Assembly (NCBI GenBank): GCA_032718475.1
Contig: JAUCBJ010000751.1
Location: 979 to 64,978, forward strand
Reading direction: 5' to 3'
Length of the DNA: 64,000 nt
Source: Nemertoderma westbladi
Taxonomy: Eukaryota; Animalia; Xenacoelomorpha
Under the pieces are notes generated by a model. The model worked only from the letters and a program-made list of their open reading frames with translations, searched no databases and was not told where the DNA came from. Below are positions 12,142 to 26,042 of the stretch, in pieces; the stretch's first letter is position 1; each line of letters opens with the position of its first letter. A program made the position numbers and the translations under genes.

Positions 12142-15100
12142 CAGATAACTGTTTATAAACTAACCTTACTGGCAGAGAACTGTTTATAAACTAACCTTAC
12201 TGGCAGATAACTGTTTATAAACTAACTTTACTGGCAGAGAACTGTTTAAAACTAACCTTACTGACAGAGAACTGTTTATAAACTAACCTTACTGGCAGAT
12301 AACTGTTTATGAACTAACCTTACTGGCAGAGAACTGTTTATAAACTAACCTTACTGGCACATAACTGTTTATAAACTAACCTTACTGGCACATAACTGTT
12401 TATAAACTAACCTTATTGGCAGAGAACTGTTTATAAACTAACCTTACTGGCATATAACTGTTTATAAACTAACCCTACTGGCAGAGACCTGTTTATAAAC
12501 TAACCTTACTGACAGAGAACTGTTTATAAACTAACCTTACTGGCATATAACTGTTTATAAACTAACCCTACTTGCAGATAACTGTTTATAAACTAACCTT
12601 ACTGACAGAGAACTGTTTATAAACTAACCTTACTGGCAGATAACTGTTTATAAACTAACCTTACTGACAGAGAACTGTTTATAAACTAACCTTACTGGCA
12701 GAAAACTGTTTATAAACTAACCTTATTGGCAGATAACTGTTTATAAACTAACCTTACTGGCAGAGAACTGTTTATAAACTAACCTTACTGACAGATAACT
12801 GTTTATAAACTAACCTTACTGGAAAAGAGAACTGTTTATAAACTAACCTTACTGGCAGAAAACTGTTTATAAACTAACCTTACTGGTAGAGAACTGTTTA
12901 TAAACTAACTTACTGACAGAGAACTGTTTATAAACTAACCTTACTGGCAGAGAACTGTTTATAAACTAACCTTACTGGCAGAGACCTGAGTATAAACTAA
13001 CCTTACTGGCAGAGAACTGTTTATAAACTAACCTTACTGGCAGAGAACTGTTTATAAACTAACCTTACTGGCAGAGAACTGTTTACAAACTAACCTTACT
13101 GACAGATAACTGTTTATAAACTAACCTTACTGGCAGAGAATTGTTTATAAACTAACCTTACTGGCAGAGAACTGTGTATAAACTAACCTTACTGGCATAG
13201 AACTGTTTATAAACTAACCCTACTGGCAGAGAACTGTTTATAAACTAACTTTACTGGCAGAGAACTGTTTATAAACTAACCTTACTGACAGATAACTGTT
13301 TATAAACTAACCTTACTGGCAGAGAACTGTTTATAAACTAACCTTACTGACAGAGAACTGTTTATAAACTAACCTTACTGGGAGAGAACTGTTTATAAAC
13401 TAACCTTACTGGCAGAGAACTGTTTATAAACTAACCTTACTGACAGATAACTGTTTATAAACTAACCTTACTGACAGAGAACTGTTTATAAACTAACCTT
13501 ACTGGGAGAGAACTGTTTATAAACTAACCTTACTGGCAGAGAACTGTTTATAAACTAACCTTACTGGCTGAGAACTGTTTATAAACTAACCTTACTGGCA
13601 GAGAACTGTTTATAAACTAACCTTACTGGCAGAGACCTGAGTATAAACTAACCTTACTGGCAGAGAACTGTTTATAAACTAACCTTACTGGCAGAGAACT
13701 GTTTATAAACTAACCTTACTGGCAGAGAACTGTTTACAAACTAACCTTACTGACAGATAACTGTTTATAAACTAACCTTACTGGCAGAGAACTGTTTATA
13801 AACTAACCTTACTGGCAGAGAACTGTGTATAAACTAACCTTACTGGCATAGAACTGTTTATAAACTAACCTTACTGGCAGAGAACTGTTTACAAACTAAC
13901 CTTACTGACAGATAACTGTTTATAAACTAACCTTACTGGCAGAGAACTGTTTATAAACTAACCTTACTGGCAGAGAACTGTGTATAAACTAACCTTACTG
14001 GCAGAGAACTGTTTATAAACTAACCTTACTGGCAGAGAACTGTTTATAAACTAACTTTACTGGCAGAGAACTGTTTATAAACTAACCTTACTGACAGATA
14101 ACTGTTTATAAACTAACCTTACTGGCAGAGAACTGTTTATAAACTAACCTTACTGACAGAGAACTGTTTATAAACTAACCTTACTGGGAGAGAACTGTTT
14201 ATAAACTAACCTTACTGGCAGAGAACTGTTTATAAACTAACCTTACTGACAGATAACTGTTTATAAACTAACCTTACTGACAGAGAACTGTTTATAAACT
14301 AAACTTACTGGGAGAGAACTGTTTATAAACTAACCTTACTGGCAGAGAACTGTTTATAAACTAACCTTACTGGCTGAGAACTGTTTATAAACTAACCTTA
14401 CTGACAGATAACTGTTTATAAACTAACCTTACTGGCAGAGAACTGTTTATAAACTAACCTTACAGACAGAGAACTGTTTATAAACTAACCTTACTGACAG
14501 AGAACTGTTTATAAACTAACCTTACTGACTGAGAACTGTTTATAAACGAACCTTACTGGCAGATAACTGTTTATAAACTAACCTTACTGGCAGAGAACTG
14601 TTTATAAACTAACCTTACTGGCAGAGAACTGTTTATAAACTAACTTTACTGGCAGAGAACTGTTTAAAACTAACCTTACTGACAGAGAACTGTTTATAAA
14701 CTAACCTTACTGACAGAGAACTGTTTATAAACTAACCTTACTGACTGAGAACTGTTTATAAACGAACCTTACTGGCAGATAACTGTTTATAAACTAACCT
14801 TACTGGCAGAGAACTGTTTATAAACTAACCTTACTGGCAGAGAACTGTTTATAAACTAACTTTACTGGCAGAGAACTGTTTAAAACTAACCTTACTGACA
14901 GAGAACTGTTTATAAACTAACCTTACTGGAAGATAACTGTTTATGAACTAACCTTACTGGCAGAGAACTGTTTATAAACTAACCTTACTGGCACATAACT
15001 GTTTATAAACTAACCTTACTGGCACATAACTGTTTATAAACTAACCTTATTGGCAGAGAACTGTTTATAAACTAACCTTACTGGCATATAACTGTTTATA

Positions 15101-15797
15101 AACTAACCCTACTGGCAGAGACCTGTTTATAAACTAACCTTACTGACAGAGAACTGTTTATAAACTAACCTTACTGACAGAGAACTGTTTATAAACTAAC
15201 CTTACTGGCATATAACTGTTTATAAACTAACCCTACTTGCAGATAACTGTTTATAAACTAACCTTACTGACAGAGAACTGTTTATAAACTAACCTTACTG
15301 GCAGATAACTGTTTATAAACTAACCTTACTGACAGAGAACTGTTTATAAACTAACCTTACTGGCAGAAAACTGTTTATAAACTAACCTTATTGGCAGATA
15401 ACTGTTTATAAACTAACCTTACTGGCAGAGAACTGTTTATAAACTAACCTTACTGACAGATAACTGTTTATAAACTAACCTTACTGGAAAAGAGAACTGT
15501 TTATAAACTAACCTTACTGGCAGAAAACTGTTTATAAACTAACCTTACTGGCAGAGAACTGTTTATAAACTAACTTACTGACAGAGAACTGTTTATAAAC
15601 TAACCTTACTGGCAGAGAACTGTTTATAAACTAACCTTACTGGCAGAGACCTGAGTATAAACTAACCTTACTGACAGAGAACTGTTTATAAACTAACCTT
15701 ACTGGGAGAGAACTGTTTATAAACTAACCTTACTGGCAGAGAACTGTTTATAAACTAACCTTACTGACAGATAACTGTTTATAAACTAACCTTACTG
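12142..15797. repeat. 31-bp satellite array, block 2
   Basis: Same monomer and orientation. Confidence 0.98.
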
Positions 15798-18232
15798 ATG
15801 GACATGTAAGGCTATTTACATCAAGAGATGTAAATGCCACAGGCTCCTCTTGACTAGATTGTTCCCGGCTGGTAGTAAGATAGGATGGGACATATTGTCC
15901 TCCAGAAGTATAGGATGAATAAATGCATTGTCCGGCCGAGGAACTTCTAGGATATCTCTGAGAATACTGACTTAAGGAAGATGCAGTATTAAAAGGCGAT
16001 GTTGGGGGTATAAAGAGACCAGTTGTACAAAAATTACCTAGTGGGATAATTTCAGAAACTCTACTATTAATTAGCGCACTAGTGGGTCTTATAGGAGACG
16101 TAAGAGAAAAAATTGGAAGTTGAGATGACACTACTGACGTTGTTTCTACAGTGACAGGGTAGGAATGAGATTGACTAGACTGCAGATTATTTTGTGCTGA
16201 TTCATAGGAATCTGAGGCACTCACATTAACAGGTAGGCCCGTGGTTGCTATGGCAACAGGGTCGACTGGAGGGCGACTGGAGACTCTGATTGGATCCTTG
16301 TATTAACAGTCACATTATTGTTAAGATTACTTTCAGTTTGTACACCAATTGGTACGTCATACGTGGGAGATCTTTTTGGTGATTGTAATAGCGCAGAAGC
16401 TACATAATCTGCTTCTGCTTCTCCAAATTCAGGTGATTTCAACTCTAAAGCTTCTTCAAGTGCTGCAAGTGCAAGAGCATCGCGTAGGCCACGTTCCTTT
16501 GCCAAGCGAGAAATTTCTTTCTGTTGCCGCTCTGATTTTTGTAATAGCCGCTCTGATTTTTGTAATATCAATGTGTCAGCCTGATCTGCCTGAGCAGCTG
16601 CTCCTGACTGCTCGAGCTGTAGCAGGAGTAATTTTCGCTTGACTTTGGCACGATGAACTCGAACTGATGCGCTCGTCGAGGCTCGAGAATGTGCTGTAGA
16701 ACCAGAGTGAGTTGAAATTGTTCGATTACGTTTGAGCTCGCCAACTTGCAATTGTTCATGAGATGATACATACTGTGGAACATCTGAAGACACAACTACA
16801 ATAGGTATGGCGTTACTCCGACATGTCTGGGTCTGAGTCACGGTCTGCTCATTGCTATTAATATATTCGCGAATGTCATTGAGTTTAGATTCAAGGTCTG
16901 ACAGTACAGTTACTGATTGTGCAGCTAGCTCACGTGACACATCAGAAAAACCAAATCTTTCGAAATCGAAAGTTGATTTTTCATAGTGACTACACAAAGA
17001 TTTGTATACATTAATACAAGAATTAAATATAGAATCGATATTAGTAGGGTCGAATGTAGCAGACCTTTGAATGGTAAACTCATTGAAACGTCGTGTAAAA
17101 TGATCCTTATAACCAGCAATCGTTCTCTTTACGTGAGTTAGATTAGGTACTGAACTCTCACTAGACATTTCTACGGTAGGATTTACAACAGATGCAACAG
17201 GAGTTGGTGAGATAACGTTTTCAATACGTGTAGATGTAAGAGGTGACTTACCAGACTGTGTGGATACATCAGATTCCGAAGCTGAATGAATTTCGTCGTC
17301 CATTTGAACACCTTTGTTGTCCATATTTGTATCCAAATTAAATAAAGGTGTCGTCTTCAAAATTAAAGTCTAGCTACGGTAGTTAGAATCGCCTAAATAG
17401 ACTGTAATACATACCAACTTGGCTACAAAAGCTTAGTAACGTGGTATAGTAAAGAATTACTAAGAAATAAAATAATTAATATACAATTTAATTTATTTAT
17501 TTATAATTGTAAATTTCATAGAGTTTTATTTGAGTTTTCCCAAACTGTAAGAGCGGTTTCTATGCTCTTGTGTATAAAACAATAAGATGATCTATGTGAT
17601 TGTAATATGTTCAACTATAGTTGGATTTCACCCAGTTTACACGGTTACGTCCCATAAAGAAGAATAATTTGTTTATTTGATTGGGAATTAGGAGCGTATT
17701 TATTATAGAAAATATATAAGATAATAATATACGATTATAAGCGGTAAGGGGTAATAAGATAACGGAAACATAAGAACATTAATACATAATAAGAGATCTA
17801 ATAATATAAACGTAAAATATCGTAAGAGTCAAGAATACAAAGTAATAAAGAGTGTTAATAGGGGGAGTTTCCGTTTGGGAAACTGCGGAATGAGATGAAC
17901 TATAGTGAATGAGTAATGTTGAGCACGGTAAGCTGTAGAAATACAGTAAAGTAATAATAGGGGTGACAGTGTGGTGGGCCTTGATTGGTTAATGGGTATA
18001 AAGGATTGTAGCGCAGTGGAGATACCTACCTAATGTGGCTGAACAGGAGTGAAGGGAAGAATACAGCTGTTTATCTGTATAGGATAAACGGCTGTGAATG
18101 GGGGCAGACAATAATGGTCGAATGAGTATGTTGGAGATGAGATAGATATTGGTTTGCAACAATAAGCTGGGAGAATGGGCGGTAATGTAATGATAATATA
18201 ATTTTAATGTTTGAGAGCGATCCGCCACTACA
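15797..18232 (-). mobile_element. Truncated copy of element A (5' LTR 17546-18232, leader and gag N-terminus)
   Basis: Near-identical to about 9716-12141; 11-bp tandem duplication at about 16261-16282 frameshifts gag; broken end joins satellite with a GA microhomology. Confidence 0.95.
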
Positions 18233-21200
18233 GAGACTTACTGGCAGAGAACTGTTTACAAACTAACCTTACTGACAGATAACTGTTTATAAACTAACCT
18301 TACTGGCAGAGAACTGTTTATAAACTAACCTTACTGGCAGAGAACTGTGTATAAACTAACCTTACTGGCAGAGAACTGTTTATAAACTAACCTTACTGGC
18401 AGAGAACTGTTTATAAACTAACTTTACTGGCAGAGAACTGTTTATAAACTAACCTTACTGACAGATAACTGTTTATAAACTAACCTTACTGGCAGAGAAC
18501 TGTTTATAAACTAACCTTACTGACAGAGAACTGTTTATAAACTAACCTTACTGGGAGAGAACTGTTTATAAACTAACCTTACTGGCAGAGAACTGTTTAT
18601 AAACTAACCTTACTGACAGATAACTGTTTATAAACTAACCTTACTGACAGAGAACTGTTTATAAACTAAACTTACTGGGAGAGACCTGTTTATAAACTAA
18701 CCTTACTGGCAGAGAACTGTTTATAAACTAACCTTACTGGCTGAGAACTGTTTATAAACTAACCTTACTGACAGATAACTGTTTATAAACTAACCTTACT
18801 GGCAGAGAACTGTTTATAAACTAACCTTACAGACAGAGAACTGTTTATAAACTAACCTTACTGACAGAGAACTGTTTATAAACTAACCTTACTGACTGAG
18901 AACTGTTTATAAACGAACCTTACTGGCAGATAACTGTTTATAAACTAACCTTACTGGCAGAGAACTGTTTATAAACTAACCTTACTGGCAGAGAACAGTT
19001 TATAAACTAACTTTACTGGCAGAGAACTGTTTAAAACTAACCTTACTGACAGAGAACTGTTTATAAACTAACCTTACTGACAGAGAACTGTTTATAAACT
19101 AACCTTACTGACTGAGAACTGTTTATAAACGAACCTTACTGGCAGATAACTGTTTATAAACTAACCTTACTGGCAGAGAACTGTTTATAAACTAACCTTA
19201 CTGGCAGAGAACTGTTTATAAACTAACTTTACTGGCAGAGAACTGTTTAAAACTAACCTTACTGACAGAGAACTGTTTATAAAATAACCTTACTGGAAGA
19301 TAACTGTTTATGAACTAACCTTACTGGCAGAGAACTGTTTATAAACTAACCTTACTGGCACATAACTGTTTATAAACTAACCTTACTGGCACATAACTGT
19401 TTATAAACTAACCTTATTGGCAGAGAACTGTTTATAAACTAACCTTACTGGCATATAACTGTTTATAAACTAACCCTACTGGCAGAGACCTGTTTATAAA
19501 CTAACCTTACTGACAGAGAACTGTTTATAAACTAACCTTACTGACAGAGAACTGTTTATAAACTAACCTTACTGGCATATAACTGTTTATAAACTAACCC
19601 TACTTGCAGATAACTGTTTATAAACTAACCTTACTGACAGAGAACTGTTTATAAACTAACCTTACTGGCAGATAACTGTTTATAAACTAACCTTACTGAC
19701 AGAGAACTGTTTATAAACTAACCTTACTGGCAGAAAACTGTTTATAAACTAACCTTATTGGCAGATAACTGTTTATAAACTAACCTTACTGGCAGAGAAC
19801 TGTTTATAAACTAACCTTACTGACAGATAACTGTTTATAAACTAACCTTACTGGAAAAGAGAACTGTTTATAAACTAACCTTACTGGCAGAAAACTGTTT
19901 ATAAACTAACCTTACTGGCAGAGAACTGTTTATAAACTAACTTACTGACAGAGAACTGTTTATAAACTAACCTTACTGGCAGAGAACTGTTTATAAACTA
20001 ACCTTACTGGCAGAGACCTGAGTATAAACTAACCTTACTGACAGAGAACTGTTTATAAACTAACCTTACTGGGAGAGAACTGTTTATAAACTAACCTTAC
20101 TGGCAGAGAACTGTTTATAAACTAACCTTACTGACAGATAACTGTTTATAAACTAACCTTACTGACAGAGAACTGTTTATAAACTAACCTTACTGGGAGA
20201 GAACTGTTTATAAACTAACCTTACTGGCAGAGAACTGTTTATAAACTAACCTTACTGGCAGAAAACTGTTTATAAACTAACCTTACTGGCAGAGAACTGT
20301 TTATAAACTAACTTACTGACAGAGAACTGTTTATAAACTAACCTTACTGGCAGAGAACTGTTTATAAACTAACCTTACTGGCAGAGACCTGAGTATAAAC
20401 TAACCTTACTGGCAGAGAACTGTTTATAAACTAACCTTACTGGCAGAGAACTGTTTATAAACTAACCTTACTGGCAGAGAACTGTTTACAAACTAAGCTT
20501 ACTGACAGATAACTGTTTATAAACTAACCTTACTGGCAGAGAACTGTTTATAAACTAACCTTACTGGCAGAGAACTGTGTATAAACTAACCTTACTGGCA
20601 GAGAACTGTTTATAAACTAACCTTACTGGCAGAGAACTGTTTATAAACTAACTTTACTGGCAGAGAACTGTTTATAAACTAACCTTACTGACAGATAACT
20701 GTTTATAAACTAACCTTACTGGCAGAGAACTGTTTATAAACTAACCTTACTGGCAGAGAACTGTTTACAAACTAACCTTACTGACAGAGAACTGTTTACA
20801 AACTAACCTTACTGACAGAGAACTGTTTATAAACTAACCTTACTGACAGAGAACTGTTTATAAACTAACCTTACTGGGAGAGAACTGTTTATAAACTAAC
20901 CTTACTGGCAGAGAACTGTTTATAAACTAACCTTACTGACAGATAACTGTTTATAAACTAACCTTACTGACAGAGAACTGTTTATAAACTAACCTTACTG
21001 GGAGAGAACTGTTTATAAACTAACCTTACTGGCAGAGAACTGTTTATAAACTAACCTTACTGGCTGAGAACTGTTTATAAACTAACCTTACTGACAGATA
21101 ACTGTTTATAAACTAACCTTACTGGCAGAGAACTGTTTATAAACTAACCTTACAGACAGAGAACTGTTTATAAACTAACCTTACTGACAGAGAACTGTTT

Positions 21201-24200
21201 ATAAACTAACCTTACTGACTGAGAACTGTTTATAAACGAACCTTACTGGCAGATAACTGTTTATAAACTAACCTTACTGGCAGAGAACTGTTTATAAACT
21301 AACCTTACTGGCAGAGAACTGTTTATAAACTAACTTTACTGGCAGAGAACTGTTTAAAACTAACCTTACTGACAGAGAACTGTTTATAAACTAACCTTAC
21401 TGGCAGATAACTGTTTATGAACTAACCTTACTGGCAGAGAACTGTTTATAAACTAACCTTACTGGCACATAACTGTTTATAAACTAACCTTACTGGCACA
21501 TAACTGTTTATAAACTAACCTTATTGGCAGAGAACTGTTTATAAACTAACCTTACTGGCAAATAACTGTTTATAAACTAACCCTACTGGCAGAGACCTGT
21601 TTATAAACTAACCTTACTGACAGAGAACTGTTTATAAACTAACCTTACTGACAGAGACCTGTTTATAAACTAACCTTACTGGCATATAACTGTTTATAAA
21701 CTAACCCTACTTGCAGATAACTGTTTATAAACTAACCTTACTGACAGAGAACTGTTTATAAACTAACCTTACTGGTAGATAACTGTTTATAAACTAACCT
21801 TACTGACAGAGAACTGTTTATAAACTAACCTTACTGGCAGAAAACTGTTTATAAACTAACCTTATTGGCAGATAACTGTTTATAAACTAACCTTACTGGC
21901 AGAGAACTGTTTATAAACTAACCTTACTGGCTGAGAACTGTTTATAAACTAACCTTACTGACAGATAACTGTTTATAAACTAACCTTACTGGCAGAGAAC
22001 TGTTTATAAACTAACCTTACAGACAGAGAACTGTTTATAAACTAACCTTACTGACAGAGAACTGTTTATAAACTAACCTTACTGACTGAGAACTGTTTAT
22101 AAACGAACCTTACTGGCAGATAACTGTTTATAAACTAACCTTACTGGCAGAGAACTGTTTATAAACTAACCTTACTGGCAGAGAACTGTTTATAAACTAA
22201 CTTTACTGGCAGAGAACTGTTTAAAACTAACCTTACTGACAGAGAACTGTTTATAAACTAACCTTACTGGCAGATAACTGTTTATGAACTAACCTTACTG
22301 GCAGAGAACTGTTTATAAACTAACCTTACTGGCACATAACTGTTTATAAACTAACCTTACTGGCACATAACTGTTTATAAACTAACCTTATTGGCAGAGA
22401 ACTGTTTATAAACTAACCTTACTGGCATATAACTGTTTATAAACGAACCTTACTGGCAGATAACTGTTTATAAACTAACCTTACTGACAGAGAACTGTTT
22501 ATAAACTAACCTTACTGGCAGAGAACTGTTTATAAACTAACCTTATTGGCAGAGAACTGTTTATAAACTAACCTTACTGGCAGATAACTGTTTATAAACT
22601 AACCTTACTGACAGAGAACTGTTTATAAACTAACCTTACTGGCAGATAACTGTTTATAAACTAACCTTACTGACAGAGAACTGTTTATAAACTAACCTTA
22701 CTGGCAGAAAACTGTTTATAAACTAACCTTATTGGCAGATAACTGTTTATAAACTAACCTTACTGGCAGAGAACTGTTTATAAACTAACCTTACTGACAG
22801 ATAACTGTTTATAAACTAACCTTACTGGAAAAGAGAACTGTTTATAAACTAACCTTACTGGCAGAGAACTGTTTATAAACTAACCTTACTGGCAGAGAAC
22901 TGTTTATAAACTAACTTTACTGGCAGAGAACTGTTTATAAACTAACCTTACTGACAGAGAACTGTTTATAAACTAATCTTACTGGCACATAACTGTTTAT
23001 AAACTAACCTTACTGGCAGAGAACTGTTTATAAACTAACCTTATTGGCAGAGAACTGTTTATAAACTAACCTTACTGGCAGAGAACTGTTTATAAACTAA
23101 CCCTACTGGCAGAGAACTGTTTATAAACTAACCTTACTGACAGAGAACTGTTTATAAACTAACCTTACAGACAGAGAACTGTTTATAAACTAACCCTACT
23201 GGCAGAGACCTGTTTATAAACTAACCTTACTGACAGAGAACTGTTTATAAACTAACCTTACTGACAGAGACCTGTTTATAAACTAACCTTACTGGCATAT
23301 AACTGTTTATAAACTAACCCTACTTCCAGATAACTGTTTATAAACTAACCTTACTGACAGAGAACTGTTTATAAACTAACCTTACTGGCAGATAACTGTT
23401 TATAAACTAACCTTACTGACAGAGAACTGTTTATAAACTAACCTTACTGGCAGAAAACTGTTTATAAACTAACCTTATTGGCAGATAACTGTTTATAAAC
23501 TAACCTTACTGGCAGAGAACTGTTTATAAACTAACCTTACTGACAGATAACTGTTTATAAACTAACCTTACTGGAAAAGAGAACTGTTTATAAACTAACC
23601 TTACTGACAGAGAACTGTTTATAAACTAACCTTACTGACAGAGAACTGTTTATAAACTAACCTTACTGGCAGAGAACTGTTTATAAACTAACCTTACTGG
23701 CACATAACTGTTTATAAACTAACCTTACTGGCACATAACTGTTTATAAACTAACCTTATTGGCAGAGAACTGTTTATAAACTAACCTTACTGACTGAGAA
23801 CTGTTTATAAACGAACCTTACTGGCAGATAACTGTTTATAAACTAACCTTACTGACAGAGAACTGTTTATAAACTAACCTTACTGGCAGAGAACTGTTTA
23901 TAAACTAACCTTATTGGCAGAGAACTGTTTATAAACTAACCTTACTGGCAGAGAACTGTTTATAAACTAACCCTACTGGCAGAGAACTGTTTATAAACTA
24001 ACCTTACTGACAGAGAACTGTTTATAAACTAACCTTACAGACAGAGAACTGTTTATAAACTAACCCTACTGGCAGAGACCTGTTTATAAACTAACCTTAC
24101 TGGCAGAGAACTGTTTATAAACTAACCTTACTGACAGATAACTGTTTATAAACTAACCTTACTGGAAAAGAGAACTGTTTATAAACTAACCTTACTGACA

Positions 24201-25776
24201 GAGAACTGTTTATAAACTAACCTTACTGACAGAGAACTGTTTATAAACTAACCTTACTGGCAGAGAACTGTTTATAAACTAACCTTACTGGCACATAACT
24301 GTTTATAAACTAACCTTACTGGCACATAACTGTTTATAAACTAACCTTATTGGCAGAGAACTGTTTATAAACTAACCTTACTGGCAGAGAACTGTTTATA
24401 AACTAACCTTACTGGCAGAGAACTGTTTATAAACTAACTTTACTGGCAGAGAACTGTTTATAAACTAACCTTACTGACAGATAACTGTTTATAAACAAAC
24501 CTTACTGGCAGAGAACTGTTTATAAACTAACCTTACAGACAGAGAACTGTTTATAAACTAACCTTACTGACAGAGAACTGTTTATAAACTAACCTTACTG
24601 GGAGAGAACTGTTTATAAACTAACCTTACTGGCAGAGAACTGTTTATAAACTAACCTTACTGACAGATAACTGTTTATAAACTAACCTTACTGACAGAGA
24701 ACTGTTTATAAACTAACCTTACTGGGAGAGAACTGTTTATAAACTAACCTTACTGGCAGAGAACTGTTTATAAACTAACCTTACTGGCAGAGAACTGTTT
24801 ATAAACTAACCTTACTGACAGATAACTGTTTATAAACTATCCTTACTGGCAGAGAACTGTTTATAAACTAACCTTAAAGACAGAGAACTGTTTATAAACT
24901 AACCTTACTGACAGAGAACTGTTTATAAACTAACCTCACTGACTGAGAACTGTTTATAAACGAACCTTACTGGCAGATAACTGTTTATAAACTAACCTTA
25001 CTGGCAGAGAACTGTTTATAAACTAACCTTACTGGCAGAGAACTGATTATAAACTAACTTTACTGGCAGAGAACTGTTTATAAACTAACCTTACTGACAG
25101 AGAACTGTTTATAAACTAATCTTACTGGCACATAACTGTTTATAAACTAACCTTACTGGCAGAGAACTGTTTATAAACTAACCTTATTGGCAGAGAACTG
25201 TTTATAAACTAACCTTACTGGCAGAGAACTGTTTATAAACTAACCCTACTGGCAGAGAACTGTTTATAAACTAACCTTACTGACAGAGAACTGTTTATAA
25301 ACTAACCTTACAGACAGAGAACTGTTTATAAACTAACCTTACTGGCATATAACTGTTTATAAACTAACCCTACTTGCAGAGAACTGTTTATAAACTAACC
25401 TTACTGACAGAGAACTGTTTATAAACTAACCTTACTGGCAGAGAACTGTTTATAAACTAACCTTACTGACAGAGAACTGTTTATAAACTAACTTTACTGG
25501 CAGAGAACTGTTTATAAACTAACCTTATTGGCAGATAACTGTTTATAAACTAACCTTACTGGCAGAGAACTGTTTATAAACTAACCTTACTGGCAGATAA
25601 CTGTTTATAAACCAACCTTACTGGCAGAGAACTGTTTATAAACTAACCTTACTGACAGAGAACTGTTTATAAACTAACCTTACTGACAGAGTACTGTTTA
25701 TAAACTAACCTTACTGGCATATAACTGTTTATAAACTAACCCTACTTGCAGAGAACTGTTTATAAACTAACCTTAC
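18233..25776. repeat. 31-bp satellite array, block 3
   Basis: Same monomer and orientation; recurrent variant blocks. Confidence 0.98.
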
Positions 25777-26013
25777 TGTGGTGATAATATATGGCTCGCC
25801 CCATGGACACCCTGGGACGAGGGGGGAGAGACCTACCGGTGTTGGACAGTCTGTATGTCGGTGTTAGTCAGTCAGTACCACCAGTTTATCTAGGCTACTT
25901 ACTGCATGCCCTGACCGGTCCACAGAGGACCCTATTATATATGATCACAGTATCTGCTACAGACAAAGGTTTTGTTCGTCTGCTGCCTCGCAGCAATAGT
26001 AGATACGCCCACA

Positions 26014-26031
26014 TGGCGCAGTGTGTAGGAT
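26014..26031 (+). promoter_or_regulatory. tRNA primer-binding site, probably tRNA-Ser
   Basis: TGGCGCAGTGTGTAGGAT directly after the LTR; resembles the complement of animal tRNA-Ser 3' ends (recalled, not searched). Confidence 0.7.
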
Positions 26032-26042
26032 AACTTGGGCCC

